From: Schmidtea nova
Lineage: Eukaryota
Assembly (NCBI GenBank): GCA_044892505.1
Contig: CM097882.1
Span: forward strand, 293,632,001-293,696,000
Length of the DNA stretch: 64,000 nt
Reading direction: 5' to 3'
Under the pieces are notes generated by a model. That model saw nothing but the letters and a program-made list of their open reading frames with translations. It was not told where the DNA came from and searched no databases. The position numbers were made by a program, and so were the translations under genes. Every line of letters begins with the position of its first letter. Positions within the stretch are counted from its first letter, which is position 1. Below, piece by piece: positions 28,149 to 40,620 of the stretch.

Positions 28149-28164
28149 AGGGGTCCCCGGGTGA
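28149..28164 (+). other. Candidate polypurine-tract position (AGGGGTCCCCGGGTGA) before the 3' LTR
   Basis: G-rich stretch immediately 5' of the 3' LTR TG; not a pure purine run. Confidence 0.5.
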
Positions 28165-31100
28165 TGTTGGGCCCGCCAAATCACCTAAAAACACAATAAA
28201 ACGAACAAAAGCATGAAACAATAAAGAAATAATAAAAATAAAAATAGCAAGAAAAACAAATTAAAAATAACAATAAAACGACAAATAATAATTGATAAAT
28301 TTTCAGTAAAAGGAAATTTTGAAAATAAACCGGTAAACAACCGCAAAAGGGGGCCTGAAATAAGAAAAAATAGAATTAAATAAAATAATAGTACAAATAA
28401 TTAATTAATTACTTGGAAAATCAGGACCACCCAGCGAGAAACCGGAAAAGGAAACAAAATAATGTTTAGATTAGAATAAAATAATAAAAATACTTTGATG
28501 GACGGCCTGATCCTGATTGGTCAATCCAACCAGACGGATCAGTATAAATACCGATCCAAAAATCACAGACAGAGACGTTTTACATTTTCACTCACAATCA
28601 AGACTAAACTTTGATTTGAGTAATAATTTTTGAAAGAACCGAACTTCATACAAGGAACCACACATTCAAGTACGGAAGTAATTTTTTTATGTTATCTTAT
28701 ATGATGTACCCATGATTTTTATTTAATTAAAAGTTTATATGTAAACGTTATTTTATTTTTTCATTGATTATTTTTATTGACACTTTAATGCATATAGCTA
28801 TACTTCCTATGCTGCTCACGCGGCGAGGGAGTCCGAGTCGTCGTCGTGGGGCCTCAGGGTCTCACATGGCGGTTCAACCTTTTTATTGTTTCTGGTTTTC
28901 ATATTTAATTTGGTAGTTGAAATAATTAAATTACATCATTCAAATTTAACTAGATATTTATCAGCGAGATTAGAGAATTTTAATGCTTATTTAGTCGAGT
29001 AAAATTTTCAGTCACAGAATATCGATAATGCGAATACGTCCAGACAGTTTTCTGGCGATAAGTAAAAAGTCATCATTTAGTTGCACAGAGGACGAGTGTC
29101 GAGGGCTAAATAGGGAGAGTAGCTGGGTAATGGGAGACACCCCAGGGTAGGGTGTATTCAGCATCATAACGCATAGAAAAATGAGCCTAATTTGAACCTC
29201 CAGCATGGAGAATAATGATAAATAAATAAAACTAATTCATATAATTTCGATAAAATGGAAAATTTCAATGAAGGTTAAAGTCCGATTTCATTCGGAATTA
29301 GTATCTCACCTACAGCGTCACCCGATCGATAAATACCGATCGCATTGGAATGCGACGGAGAATCCACATCAAGTCATGAAACTCTAAAAATAGACCGATC
29401 GTCGTACATGGCGCGGATATCTAATTTATCTTCCGATCGCTGTATATAGCGCGGAGAATTTTCGAATAAATTTTATATTTTCCTGACTGCTGTACATAGC
29501 ACAGGATTAATTATGAACTCTTTATTCCGACCATGGTAGATCACGGCGGAGAGAAAGAAAATTTACCTTATTATTTTTAAGTAACTTTTGTGATTATATA
29601 CAGTATAATTAAATTATCAACGAATTTTCCCCCCTTAACTCAGATATTTTATATCCAATAAATGTAATATAGATGTCGACAGCTGAACTTATAAATCGAT
29701 TGACTCAACTACGGAATATGGAACAAGTGAATCTGCGAAATGGAAATATCTCGCAGCTCAAGGATCTACCAGCATCGATATTGCGGACCCTCAACTGCCA
29801 AATGTATAAGTGGCGACAGGGGTTTGGCCGAAAATGCCCGTTCTCGATATGGACAGGAGGGCACGACCAAATATTCTATCGAGGAGGACCGAACTGGCCG
29901 ATTTCTCAAAGGCCGTACTCGAACAAATTTGGCCGCCTTGTCGTACTGATCAAGGACACCGATGGACGGACAAGCCGTGTAATTTATTGGGGGCATATCC
30001 CTCGTCGGGAACTATGCCAACTAGGCCTACACGAATTCCTGCCACGAAAACCGTTCGGCAAGGAGTGCCAGAAAGGACAACCCTCATTCTCTTGGGCTCG
30101 TCTCCGTCAGAAACCGATTAACAGCGAACTGCATAGCCTGTTTCGGAGATAAGAACTGATTGTCAAATCTTTAAAAGTTGTGATTAAATATTAATATTCA
30201 GCAGTGTTTTTGTTTTGTTGTTTGGAGTTTTAGTATTGTGTTTTTAATAATTCATATTCGTGACCTAATAATCCTATGATCAGATTTTAAATTTCATATA
30301 ATTAAATCATAGAGTAAATATCCTAAATAAATTATAGAATGAATCCCGATTTGATGCAGAGAGAATTAGAAAAGATGTGGCGGATTCGGAGGGCCCAGGA
30401 CAAGGAAGTGGGTCTCCTCAAGGCACAATTGATCAAAGCAGAGGCACAGATTGCATATTTGCGCAAAAGCTGGTTTGCTCCGGCCCGAATGAAGGAGCAA
30501 ATCAGTAAAACCGAGCGCGCCCAACAGACTGCAGCCGAGTACCAAATGGAATGGGAGGCTACAAAGATAGAACTCCGAAAATGCCTCCATTCCGTAACTG
30601 CCTCATATATTGAGAGGGAGCTCAGAGAGCAAATCCGTCCAGTTACGTACCAAGCTTGGACATCAGAGAAGAAGACTGTGAATTCCATTGGTACGGATGT
30701 CGCAGATCTAATCGAAAATCGGAATGAGACAGCTCCTGCAGTAAATTCAACCACCTCATCGGTAAATGCGCACCAGAAACGCAAGCGCATTGGGCAGAAA
30801 CGGCGGAGACAGAGAAAATTATTTGCCCAGCAATTACAAAGCCAAGTCGATGGTCTACATCAGATGACCGAGGAGGCATTATTGACAGAGATTTTTCCTC
30901 CGGCGGGAGTTTTTACCGAACTCATTAAAAATTAAATAAATTGTTGTATTGGCTTAAGAATTTTATCGTTCATTTAAATTGATTTAATTAGCTTTACCAA
31001 TGATTAGGTAAAGATAGAACAAAAGTATAAATTCATTTTACAAAATATCGAATAGAGATAATTAAATAATTAAGCGAGCATTCGTTGAAACACTTCTCGC

Positions 31101-31403
31101 AGACTGAGCAATAATAAAATTAAATTTTCTGAAAGATTAACGCGGAATACATAAGTAGATGATTAAAGCATAAGTCCTTCTAACGGCAGCGATGAACCCG
31201 TGAACATAAATGGGGAGTAGTACTAGCGATAGTGCTCACCTGCCCATCATTGTTCAACCACCCTGCGCATCACCAACTTGATTATATAGGGAAATAATCA
31301 AGGGCGCTTGAGTGTAGAATTGCAATTTTATGCATGATCATGGATGGGGGATCCCTAGTCATTGTTAGAGCATTTTTCATCTAACCCCTCCATGAACCCA
31401 GCA
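28165..31403 (+). repeat. Element B 3' LTR (3239 bp), containing copies of ORF1 (29673-30152) and ORF2 (30339-30935)
   Basis: Direct repeat of 1489-4726, followed by the ATTT TSD. Confidence 0.97.
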
Positions 31404-31428
31404 ATTTAAATAATTTTCTTTACATAGA

Positions 31429-31600
31429 ATGGCAAAGGAAAAGAATCCAGTACGGAATTTTTTTTACTACGAAAAAATAAATGATAAGTTTACGTGCAAG
31501 ATAGATAATTGCAAGCAAGTACATGTGTCGAATTTGGAAAGGCACATACAAAGATTCCATAAAAAAGATTCACCTAAAAAAAACAGAAATTTAAATTTTT
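31429..31600 (+). pseudogene. hAT transposase N-terminal BED zinc-finger remnant
   Basis: NPVRNFFYY..KFTCKIDNCKQVHVSNLERHIQRFH; the rest of the transposase is deleted. Confidence 0.75.
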
Positions 31601-31757
31601 TTTATTTAATAAACCAGAGTGATTTTTTTTTAATGGAGCGGATCGGAGCATGAGCGGAGCGTTTTGTTCTGTTTAAAGGAGCGGAGCGGAGCAGGAGCGC
31701 TTACTAATGGAGCGGTGCTTGGAGCGGAGCGTTTTTAACCACCGCTCCGAATCCCTG

Positions 31758-32451
31758 GTTGGAAGAACTCCTTGATTGCTTCCCACGTTCTGGGTGGATT
31801 ACTTCCCGATCTCTTTTCGATATACAGATCCAATGCGCTATCTTTCAAGTATAGCGGGATTCGATTTGCCAACGTTTCCGGACTCCATCCGCATATATCC
31901 ACAAATATGCCAAATTCCTTCAGAAACGTGTCCAATCTACTGGCGTCTCCACTGAATGGTTCGCCCTTGAATTTTTCTCTTAGATCCTCTCTGTGATCAC
32001 TCATCCCGATTCCACTGTCTTGGAATACTGTACTAGTTTTCTTTGCTTCTATTTCACCACTTGTTTCTGGATTCAACTCCTCTTCTTCGCTACTCCCTGT
32101 TTCGTTATCTCTTGATTCGCTTCTTGTTCTGTTTTCACTGACTAGTTCACCGTCTATCGTTTCTACTTCGTTTCGTACTTCTGGATCCTCTGGGGTTTCT
32201 TCTTGGTTCTCTTTATTACTCGAATTATCGCTGATCTCTGCTGGTTTGTTCTTCTGTTGCGTTGCTTTATTTCCTGATCTTGTCTTCTTCGCTATTTTTC
32301 TTTCTTCTTCTGTTAGGATCGGTTCTGTGTCGCCCTTTTGTTGCGCTAATTTAGCTGCTGCTTTTGCCTTTTTTGCTGCTTTTCTTTCTGCTTCTGTTAG
32401 GACTGGTATTGTACCTGTTCTTGTCTCGCGTTCCGCAATTTTGTCTATTAC
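31758..32451 (-). pseudogene. Element A gag, 5' part
   Basis: DSGIGMSDHREDLREKFKGEPFSGDASRLDTFLKEF..WEAIKEFFQ; rejoins 1-807 in frame if the hAT and one TSD copy are removed. Confidence 0.9.
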
Positions 32452-32959
32452 TCAACTTCTTGTATTCTCAACTGATTTTTCTACTTCGCTTTTGCTTTGC
32501 TTCTTCTTCGATTTGTTTCCTTTGACTGCTCTGACTGCTAGATTGCCTGGAATTGCTTGATTGATTTGTTTCCTTAAAACAAATAATCACTTACACGATA
32601 CGTCCCCGTTATCGTGTTTCTCGTCCCTCTCACGGGTGTAGTCATAATTCATGAAGATCCCCATTTTTCCCATTTCCCTTGATTTTAAGTCTATTTAAAT
32701 TATCTATGCAGTCGTATCAATTATCTATTCTTTATCAAATACACCAATTACTTTTCCCCAGTTTCCCAATTACTTTGTCGCTCAGCGCTCTTATTATCCC
32801 CTTTACTTTTTCTCAGGCTTCTCTGGCTCTGAGTTCGAATTTCCCCTTATTTGTTGACTACTCTGTTTCTCGATTACTCACTTTATTTCCTATTCACACT
32901 ACGTTTACTACTTCGTTTCAATTCTCATCTCTACTCACCTTTAATTCAACGGACGTCTC

Positions 32960-33430
32960 TCGTTGGCCTGCTGGGTTTTCCAGTCAGCGCTTTTAATCTC
33001 ACCTTTTATCTCGAACTCTGTTTCTCTCAATTTCACTCATTATGTCATTAGCCTGCTGGGTTTTCCAGTCAGCGCTTTTAATCTCACCTTTTACTTCTGC
33101 TTCATTATTCTCGACCTCAATTGTCGTTTCATTAGCCTGCTGAGTTTTTCCAGTCGGTGCTCTTATTATCCACCCTTTATCTCTTCACTGTCGACTTTTA
33201 CCTGCTCTTTACTCCGATGATCATCACTTTTGACCTGCTGGGTCTTCCAGTCAGCGTCCTCAATTTTACCACTTTATTATTACTCACTTTTGTTCTCTCG
33301 ATCTTTCCTGATCGTTATCGTTGACCTGCTGGGTTTTCCAGCTAGCGTCTTTACCACTTTACCTGTCTTAACAAACCGGTTTCATTTTATTCCCATCGAA
33401 TCTGCTGGGTTTTCCAGTCAGCACCTTTCA
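32960..33430. repeat. Dispersed ~23-bp repeat CCTGCTGGGTTTTCCAGTCAGC (~6 copies) in the A leader
   Basis: Copies near 32968, 33052, 33137, 33234, 33325 and 33402. Confidence 0.8.
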
Positions 33431-33789
33431 CTTACCCACTTTACTTGGTTACTCCCCTCTGTATGCATACTTTGACGTCGTTAGGCCACATAATCAGCTT
33501 TACTCGCATTTATCAATACCCAGGTGCGCACCTTCAACTCTCTCGTTATTAATTCGGTTTCTTTCAACCTTTATTCCTCATTATTCGCTATTCATTTTCA
33601 CTATTCATCATTTATCCTCATTATCAATTATTCATCTTCATTATCGGTCATTTGTTTCTATTATCCTCTATTCATCTCCCTTATTGCTTGTTGATCTTCA
33701 CTATCCGGATAGTTTTATACTTTATTTAGTCCTCATCTGCCTCACTTCGTCGTCTTTCTCGTGGGCTTTTACTCGATATTTTATTTCGA

Positions 33790-34330
33790 ACGAGAACTAT
33801 GCTCACCGCTGAGAACTATGCTCACTAACGAGAACTATGCTCAATGACGAGAACTATGCTCAATGACGAGAACTATGCTCACTGACGAGAACTATGCTCA
33901 ATGACGAGAACTATGCTCAATGACGAGAACTATGCTCAATGACGAGAACTATGCTCACTGACGAGAACTATGCTCACTGGCAAAACATGGTTGTTATGAG
34001 GGTTTTGCCTACTGATGGAAACTCTTTGCTCCGGGGACTATGTTCCCTGATGAGAACTATGCTCACTGATGGTGACTACAGGAATTATGTTTCCTGATGA
34101 GAACTAAGCTCACTGTGGTGACTATGTTTGTTGATGAGAACTACGCTCACTGATGAGGACTGTGTTCACTGGTCTTGTGTTTATTAATGAGAACTCTGCT
34201 CACTACGAGATTTATATTTACGGACGAGAACTATGCTCACTATGATGTTGTGTTTTATGACGAGACCTATGCTCACTAGGATGTTATTTTTATGACGAGA
34301 CCTATGCTCACTATGAGACCTATGCTCACG
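33790..34330. repeat. Tandem array, 19-bp unit CGAGAACTATGCTCA(A/C)TGA, ~10 adjacent plus degenerate copies
   Basis: Read directly; same leader position as the B arrays. Confidence 0.92.
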
Positions 34331-35024
34331 AACGAAAACTCGAAATATCATCTCTCAGTGGTTGCATGTGTTGCTTCGAGATGTTCCTCTCATTGGTCAT
34401 TTATGCTTCTTCGGAGAATCTATTGTCGCGTTTCGTTAAGTTCTGTCTTTCAAGAACTATGGGCAAATCCTTTCTCTCTAGGACCTCTTTTATTATTTCC
34501 TTTCTTTCAAGGAATTCATTTACCCTCGAGTTTTCCCTTTCACTCGGTTCAGCTATTACACCCCTTTATTCTGTTATCTATTCATCGACTTCTCTACTTG
34601 ATTTTACTTTATGCGAGCTGATTACGTGCCTTTCCTCATATACCACATTTATCCACTTTTATTATTCATTTCCTCACTCTCTTTCTCTACTGATCAGTTC
34701 ATCATCCTATTTTTATAGTTTTTCTGCGCGCGCCTAAACCTCATTGAGTTGTCCTTACCTTTCACCCCAACCAAAATATATAAAAAGATCGCATTGGTCC
34801 ACTGATGCACGATGTGGTGATCAGTCACATCACAAGAGCTTTCCAATATCCGCGATTGGCCCCTTTCTACACATCTCGGGTAAGTTGATCAGTTGGTTCC
34901 CCCCAATGGGTGCTTACCGGACTACTCGTGAGTAGCTCATAATTACTTAGGTCATTTTTACCAAATCATTGTTAAACCGTCATAATTTCAATAACAACTG
35001 TACTTGTTCAAAACTTTATTTCCA

Positions 35025-35483
35025 TTACAAGTACACTGTTACTTTCTCGGATACGGGAAGGTTGCACATAGGACATCGTTCATTTATTTTACATTCATTA
35101 CAGAATCGAAAATGCCCACATGGCAACAACATTATCTGTATCTTATTCATTTCACAGATATAACACGTCAGATACTGTCTCGTATGTTCGGTTGTTGTTC
35201 TTATCCACTCATCGTGTTTTGTTGCTAACTGTTGTTCTAGCCTGTGGCATTCGATATTCATCTCAGGGTTGTTTAATCTTTCTCTGTACCATTGATATCG
35301 TGTTGCGGTATCCACTGTGTTCTTATTCTCGCTTATGTTCATTATCATTTCGGCTCTTTCTGTGTTGTTTGTCGGCTCGTGATATCCTCCTACCTCGAGT
35401 CGTTTTAGCTTTCTCATTATTATCTCCGTTGTCTCGTTGTTTGTTTCGAAAAACGTTTGCATTTCTTTTATTTTGTTCTCCAT
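35025..35483 (-). CDS. Element A leader RING ORF (IAP-like C3HC4)
   Basis: CYICEMNKIQIMLLPCGHFRFCNECKINERCPMC..KVTVYL; clearly homologous to 5068-5529. Confidence 0.85.
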   Translation of the reverse strand: MENKIKEMQTFFETNNETTEIIMRKLKRLEVGGYHEPTNNTERAEMIMNISENKNTVDTATRYQWYRERLNNPEMNIECHRLEQQLATKHDEWIRTTTEHTRQYLTCYICEMNKIQIMLLPCGHFRFCNECKINERCPMCNLPVSEKVTVYL

Positions 35484-36012
35484 CCCCTGAATGAATTCTC
35501 ATTAATTTTTGTTATCGATTTTTATTTATTATTTATTATTCCTATTCTATGGTAGCCCTACTGTTCGCTTTCTGTTGTTCTGTTTCGCGTCACTACTTGC
35601 GTATCCCCCCGTGTTCTTGAATGTCGTCCCGACATGATCATTGTTAGTTGCTCACACTCATATTATTTTCATGCACACTTTTCAGCTTACTTTTACCTTA
35701 CGTCATGCATACTTTTCATCACTTTTCATACTGTTACTCCACATACTATTCCTCATGCTTCATTCAGTCTCATATTTTCACATTCATACTTTCGTTCTCA
35801 TGCATACTTTTATCATGCTCATCATTCTCATTATTTTACACTCATACTTTTATTTATTATTTTTCAACCCGATTCATTCTTGCTTCAGGACCCTCAAACC
35901 CTCTGTTATTTCTTACTTTACTTTTCCTCGCTAAATTCAATTCCATCCCGGTTCAGGCGCTCTAAACTGTCCGCAGATATCGCATTCACTTTTTCCCACA
36001 AAGATCGATTTA

Positions 36013-36030
36013 ATCCCGGCTGAGCCCCCA
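36013..36030 (-). other. Element A PBS (tRNA-Pro type)
   Basis: Identical to the B PBS, including the TAAATT spacer. Confidence 0.85.
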
Positions 36031-36421
36031 AATTTATGCTGGTGTGTTGGTTTGATGGACAACTGAGATCATTAAGATTTTATATGTTAGGGTGATCTCG
36101 CCAACATAAAAACGTTCCCCCGCTGACACCCATGATGTATCCCTAACTACTCATCATGTTGGTGCTGTGTCAACGTTGTGAAATGACAAGGCAGGTGAGC
36201 AACCTTTCGGCTACTATTCCCTTGTTTATTCACGGGTCCACCACTACCGTTAGAAGGTGTCTGTGGATTTCTTTCGGTCCCACTTATGCTCTTTCCTTTT
36301 GTCTTAGGGTAATTTACTTTTTAGATATCTGCAGCTTTAAATGAACCAGGTTTTCATTACTTTTAATTCTCATACCTACTCCAAACAAACAAGACAAGTC
36401 AAATCATTCATTTATATACAT

Positions 36422-36985
36422 TTATTTATAATTCAATAACACTGATGGTCTAATTACATTCAGAAGTTCTTGTTCCGATAGACCACTGAGCAAGTCCACT
36501 TCTATGTCTAGGCGATCGGCATATGCACGTCGCTCTCTCCGCTTTTTCGCCCCGAGGCGATTCCTTCTCTTTGTTCGTTTTGAGCCTGCTGGAGTTCTCG
36601 TTGTCGACTCGATCGTCGTGATCGCGACTGCATCGGTTTCAGTTTGGGTACTCATAGTTACCGATATCGAGTCCACCCATCGGTTAAAAGTGCTCGCTCT
36701 GATCATTGGGCGCAATTGCTCGGTGATAAAGTCTTGGGTCGACACCCTTAAGTAATTTGCCAGCTCTAATTTCAGGGCGGCGACCTCTCTCGCTTGTTCG
36801 TCGACCGTTCGTTCAGCTCTGTATCGGGCTTGCAAGATGGCTTTAACCCTCTCAGGATTAAACCATGTCGTCTTGACCATCTGATGTTCGTCATTCAGCT
36901 GTCTTAAGCGATTTTCCAAAACTCGTGAACGCGCCTTATGTTCCCGCGCCTCTTGTTTATAATCTCGATCTTTGGTTTCGTTCAT
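36422..36985 (-). CDS. Element A LTR ORF2
   Basis: Homologous to 3662-4258; likely ATG at 36985, 2 nt after TTTACAG. Confidence 0.75.
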   Translation of the reverse strand: MNETKDRDYKQEAREHKARSRVLENRLRQLNDEHQMVKTTWFNPERVKAILQARYRAERTVDEQAREVAALKLELANYLRVSTQDFITEQLRPMIRASTFNRWVDSISVTMSTQTETDAVAITTIESTTRTPAGSKRTKRRNRLGAKKRRERRAYADRLDIEVDLLSGLSEQELLNVIRPSVLLNYK

Positions 36986-37173
36986 GTCTGTAAATATAAC
37001 CTCAATTATGATATAGGTCATGTGTCCGGTCTTTCAGTCATCATTTCGTTATTAAACAACTATACCTCATCATCAGGATATTCTCATACGCTCGAAACCA
37101 AAACAAGACCATTCTCACACAAATACATTTATTTTTATATTTACAACAAACATTCTTTCTCGGGCTGTGTCGA

Positions 37174-37806
37174 TCAACTGAATGCCCGCAAATCCTGATC
37201 GGCAGGATTCTCGTCGCGGCGAATTCCGTTTTCCAAATACATCTCTGGGGCTGGGTTCCAACTTAGTTTATCCCGGTAGATAAACACCTCCCAGAGACGA
37301 AGATCCTTGGGCTCCGGATAGGGTTCCGTGGAGACGCTTCCTGGAGCGTTCGAGTAGACGAAGACTTCCCCAGTGTAGCGACACCGAGGCCTGTCTAGCA
37401 GCACGTATCCTAATTGATGTAGAGCCCTTCCCGACATCATTCCAGTACTCAATAACCAACGGGGTCGATTCTGTTCATCGAGGAATTGGTAGAACCATTG
37501 GTCGGTTCTTGGCTCGACAGGATCCGAGGAGGACACCCAATCGGTATCGCCTTCCCACCTCAATTGTATTTTGAAGGCGCAGGCTGGAATATCGGCGGCT
37601 GCACTCATGTAGGTCCTCATCCATCGGCGCAGATGACGGCGCGCTAACTCGAGAATCCGGCGTGGAGCCTCTCTTTCTCCTTGAATTTCAAAATGCGCTT
37701 TGGGTCTGATGATGGAGCGGACGCGCCGTTTTCTCCGAAAGATATACTCTTCCGCCTTGACGGGTAAGGGAACTACCGGGTTCATTAGGTCTCTTTCAGT
37801 TTTCAT
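37174..37806 (-). CDS. Element A LTR ORF1 (210 aa)
   Basis: Same position as B ORF1, with a shared D..(G/N)R....G....R.L.QLG segment. Confidence 0.65.
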   Translation of the reverse strand: MKTERDLMNPVVPLPVKAEEYIFRRKRRVRSIIRPKAHFEIQGEREAPRRILELARRHLRRWMRTYMSAAADIPACAFKIQLRWEGDTDWVSSSDPVEPRTDQWFYQFLDEQNRPRWLLSTGMMSGRALHQLGYVLLDRPRCRYTGEVFVYSNAPGSVSTEPYPEPKDLRLWEVFIYRDKLSWNPAPEMYLENGIRRDENPADQDLRAFS

Positions 37807-39334
37807 TATATTGTTCTGAATAATATAACTGGATCAATTGACAGTCCTTATCAGTGAGCATCGCTATATATTTCAGTCGACCTACTCGACTTGTTGTCTA
37901 ATTTTCTGTAGGTCTCAGTAGGTAGTTCAGTGTTGTACCGGACAGATGTTCATGATACAATGTAGGTCGTGTTTCACTATTTTGTTGGTGAATGTATTTA
38001 CTCTACCGTTTTGCTCCGGCCGTTTAGCCACGCATAATTCATGGTGTCGATTTTGACGTTAAATTTTGTTTTTATCAACCGTATTCACTCAACCGTTTTC
38101 CATGTTTGAATGTCACTATTCACGATCAATTTTATATTTATATTTGCAGCGATCATGCTCAATCACTCATCAGGTTTTATTTCCAAACATCATCATTAAC
38201 CACCAATGATCATATTATCCGGGGAACGCGATCAATCCCTTACTCAGACTGGTCACACCGTCGTTTCTTGTTAGGGGTGCTTAACTCTCGTACCTTTCGA
38301 GAGTTGCAAACTGGTGTTGAAAAAACATTGTTATTTATTATTAACCTCCGACACTGGTATTATTCGCCTTTCAACTCGTGTTACTTATGGCTTGCATGAC
38401 CCTGCTCTCGTCGTCACCGATGTTCCTTGTTACATAGACCCACCCCTCATTACGGTATTACTACGACGCATGACATTTGTGCTCAATTATCTTTACTTTT
38501 CCAGCTACCCTATTATCGTGATGTATAGTGTTTGTACTAGACCGTCTTTACTTTGATTTAGTTCATGATCATTAGGTCTTACTCGATACCCTATGTGCAT
38601 CTAATCCCCTCCGCTTACCAGATATTTAATAAACCTATGGTCCCGCCGCATCAGCACCTCACAACAGAAAAATTGTGTTGCGCTGAGAGGCCCAAGAATC
38701 CGTCAGGCTGTTAGGCCTCCGGAAAACCTTATTGATTTTAACATGATTATAATTATGAGGGTTTAAAAGACTAATACAACATGATTTACCTTTTATTTCT
38801 TTTCCAAATTGGTTTCACAATGTTCTCAGTAGTCACAAACAGTTCACACTTGGTAAAGATAACATTGACAAATACTGATTTGACTCCAGTATTTATATTA
38901 AACCGGTGTTGTTGGTTAGCCAATCAGCATCGAGTTTGTGTGTATGTTTGATTCATTTTTTCATGTTGTCGGCTTTTTGCTGCCTAACTTAACTCACTGA
39001 TTTATTTGTTTAATCATGCGGTAAGTTTTCTTTGTCATCAATTTATTTTATTTTGTTTTTGTTTTAGGTCTTCGGTGACATCCGCCCACGCGCTGTCATA
39101 ATCAGATTTTATCTGCTTCGCATGAGTGAGTTTTGAAGATTTATTTTGTTTTGATTAATACTTTATTTCTTTTAGATGTTGCCGCTCATTTGCTACTTTT
39201 TATGCTGGTAATTTATTTTGTTGTTATTTTAAGTAGCTTTATTTTCTTAATTTATGTATTATCTTTCAGATGCTGCTCGATTTGGCTGGCCCAACAATAT
39301 TTTATAATGATTTTATTGGATGAAAAAATTTATT

Positions 39335-40620
39335 TTAATTTTTTTGTGCGAATTGAATGTTGATGGACGGTTTGTATTTTTTTATGTAAAAAGTCTCGGA
39401 AGCTAATCTTTGTAATGAATTTTTGAATCCCTCTTCTAGAATCTGGCATTTTGTTTATTCTATAGATGGAGTTGTTTTATGTACTTTCTCCCAGTGTTCG
39501 TAATAATTACTGGTTTTGTTTTTAGTGTGTTCATTAAGTCGGGTGCGAAAAGTTCTATGTGTTTCTCCTATGTAAGTAGCGTCACATTTTTGACAAGAAA
39601 GTTTATATACTATATTTTTGGAAAAGCAAAAGCATCGGGTTGTGGAACGGCAAAGACATTTATGTTTGGAGATGTTGGAAATTGGTGGCTTTCGTAGTTG
39701 TGATTTTAACGGTGCGGAGGTTATGAACGTTGGACGGATGTGGATAGGCAAATCTGTTTGATTAAAAATGTTGGTGATTTTGTTGGCTGTAGTGTCATTT
39801 AAGAAAGGTAATCTTAGATATGTTGTGTGTTTGTTATTGTTATTGTGTTTCTGGCGTTTCCTATTGTTGCGTTTATTGTAGTATGGTTCGTTAAGGAAGT
39901 GTTTCTTTACAAAGTCTTCAGGGTATCCATTTTGGAGGAATCGTATTTTGAAGTTTTCTAATGTTTCTTGTATTTTGTTTGAGTCTGAACAGTTTCTTAT
40001 GGCTCTTTTTCTTTCTCCTATTAGTAATGCGATTTTGCGTTGAAGTGGAACGTAGCTTTTCCATGGGAGGATATGACCACTATGTAAACTTTTAGAATAT
40101 AGCTCGGTGTTTGCATTTAGTGTATCTTGGCTTTTTGTGAAACTTACCATGGTATCTAAAAACGGTATTTTACCTTCTGTGTTCGGTGTTTCAAAAGTAA
40201 ATTGTATGTTGGTGTTAGTAGAATTTGCGTGTGATAGGATTTGATTGAGAGGGATTGTGGAGACTATGAAGATGTCGTCGATGTATCGTTTCCAGAAAAG
40301 TATTTTGTCCGAAATTACAAATACGTCTCTGCCGTTAAACGCAGGACAACAGTACTTCTGGGGATCTCTTGATGTTTCCAATCTTTACGGGTCTATTCCT
40401 CTTCACGGAGAGAATAACATTTTCGATATCGCAGCTTCTTTCTTTGAAACTCATAAAGCCAACACTGACCTCGCAGACTTAACTAAACAAGACTTTATAG
40501 AACTTCTAAAATTAGCAATAAATTCAGATACTGTCATAATTAAAGAAAAACCATTCAAACAAATTCATGGATTAGCCATGGGTAATAACCTTTCTCCCAT
40601 CTTAGCCATCTTCTACATAA
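39335..40620 (-). mobile_element. Penelope-like element fragment (RT plus GIY-YIG) with 5' inversion
   Basis: Minus: WKRYIDD, IPFLD, NGYP, VYKLSCQKCDATYIGETHRTFRTRLNEH, then after an in-frame stop ILE..R..E..YI..KPSINIQ. Plus (40320-40620): SLDVSNLY, KQIHGLAMGNNLSPILA. Confidence 0.9.

Larger units (their letters stand above)
1489..31403 (+). mobile_element. Intact giant env-bearing Ty3/gypsy LTR retroelement 'B' (29,915 bp)
   Basis: TG...CA LTRs at 1489-4726 and 28165-31403, ATTT TSD (1485-1488 / 31404-31407), PBS at 4733, uninterrupted polyprotein with PR-RT-RH-IN order. Confidence 0.97.
808..31757 (+). mobile_element. Non-autonomous hAT DNA transposon (~1.03 kb once B is removed), split by element B
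   Basis: Termini CAAGGATTCGGAGCGG (808) and CCGCTCCGAATCCCTG (to 31757) form a 16-bp TIR with one mismatch. 8-bp TSD GTTGGAAG at 800-807 and 31758-31765. Subterminal GGAGC repeats at both ends. BED-finger remnant inside. Confidence 0.93.
1..39296 (-). mobile_element. Giant Ty3/gypsy-type LTR element 'A' (5' portion; interrupted by hAT+B; 3' part lies beyond window start)
   Basis: 5' LTR 36037-39296 begins TGTTGGGCCAGCCAAATC on the minus strand (B: TGTTGGGCCCGCCAAATC) and ends CCAGCA. It is followed by the same TAAATT+TGGGGGCTCAGCCGGGAT PBS as B, then a RING ORF, a leader tandem array and a gag homologous to B gag. Confidence 0.9.
36037..39296 (-). repeat. Element A 5' LTR (3260 bp)
   Basis: TGTTGGGCC...CCAGCA termini; outer flank ATAT (39297-39300). 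Confidence 0.88.

Noticed and set aside
28165-31403. 3.2-kb duplication as an assembly artefact or segmental duplication
   Set aside because: TG/CA ends, TSD, PBS after the first copy only and a few differences identify true LTRs.
808-31757. A 31-kb giant hAT carrying the retroelement as cargo
   Set aside because: B has its own TSD and near-identical LTRs, so later insertion into a ~1-kb hAT is simpler; co-mobilisation cannot be shown from one locus.
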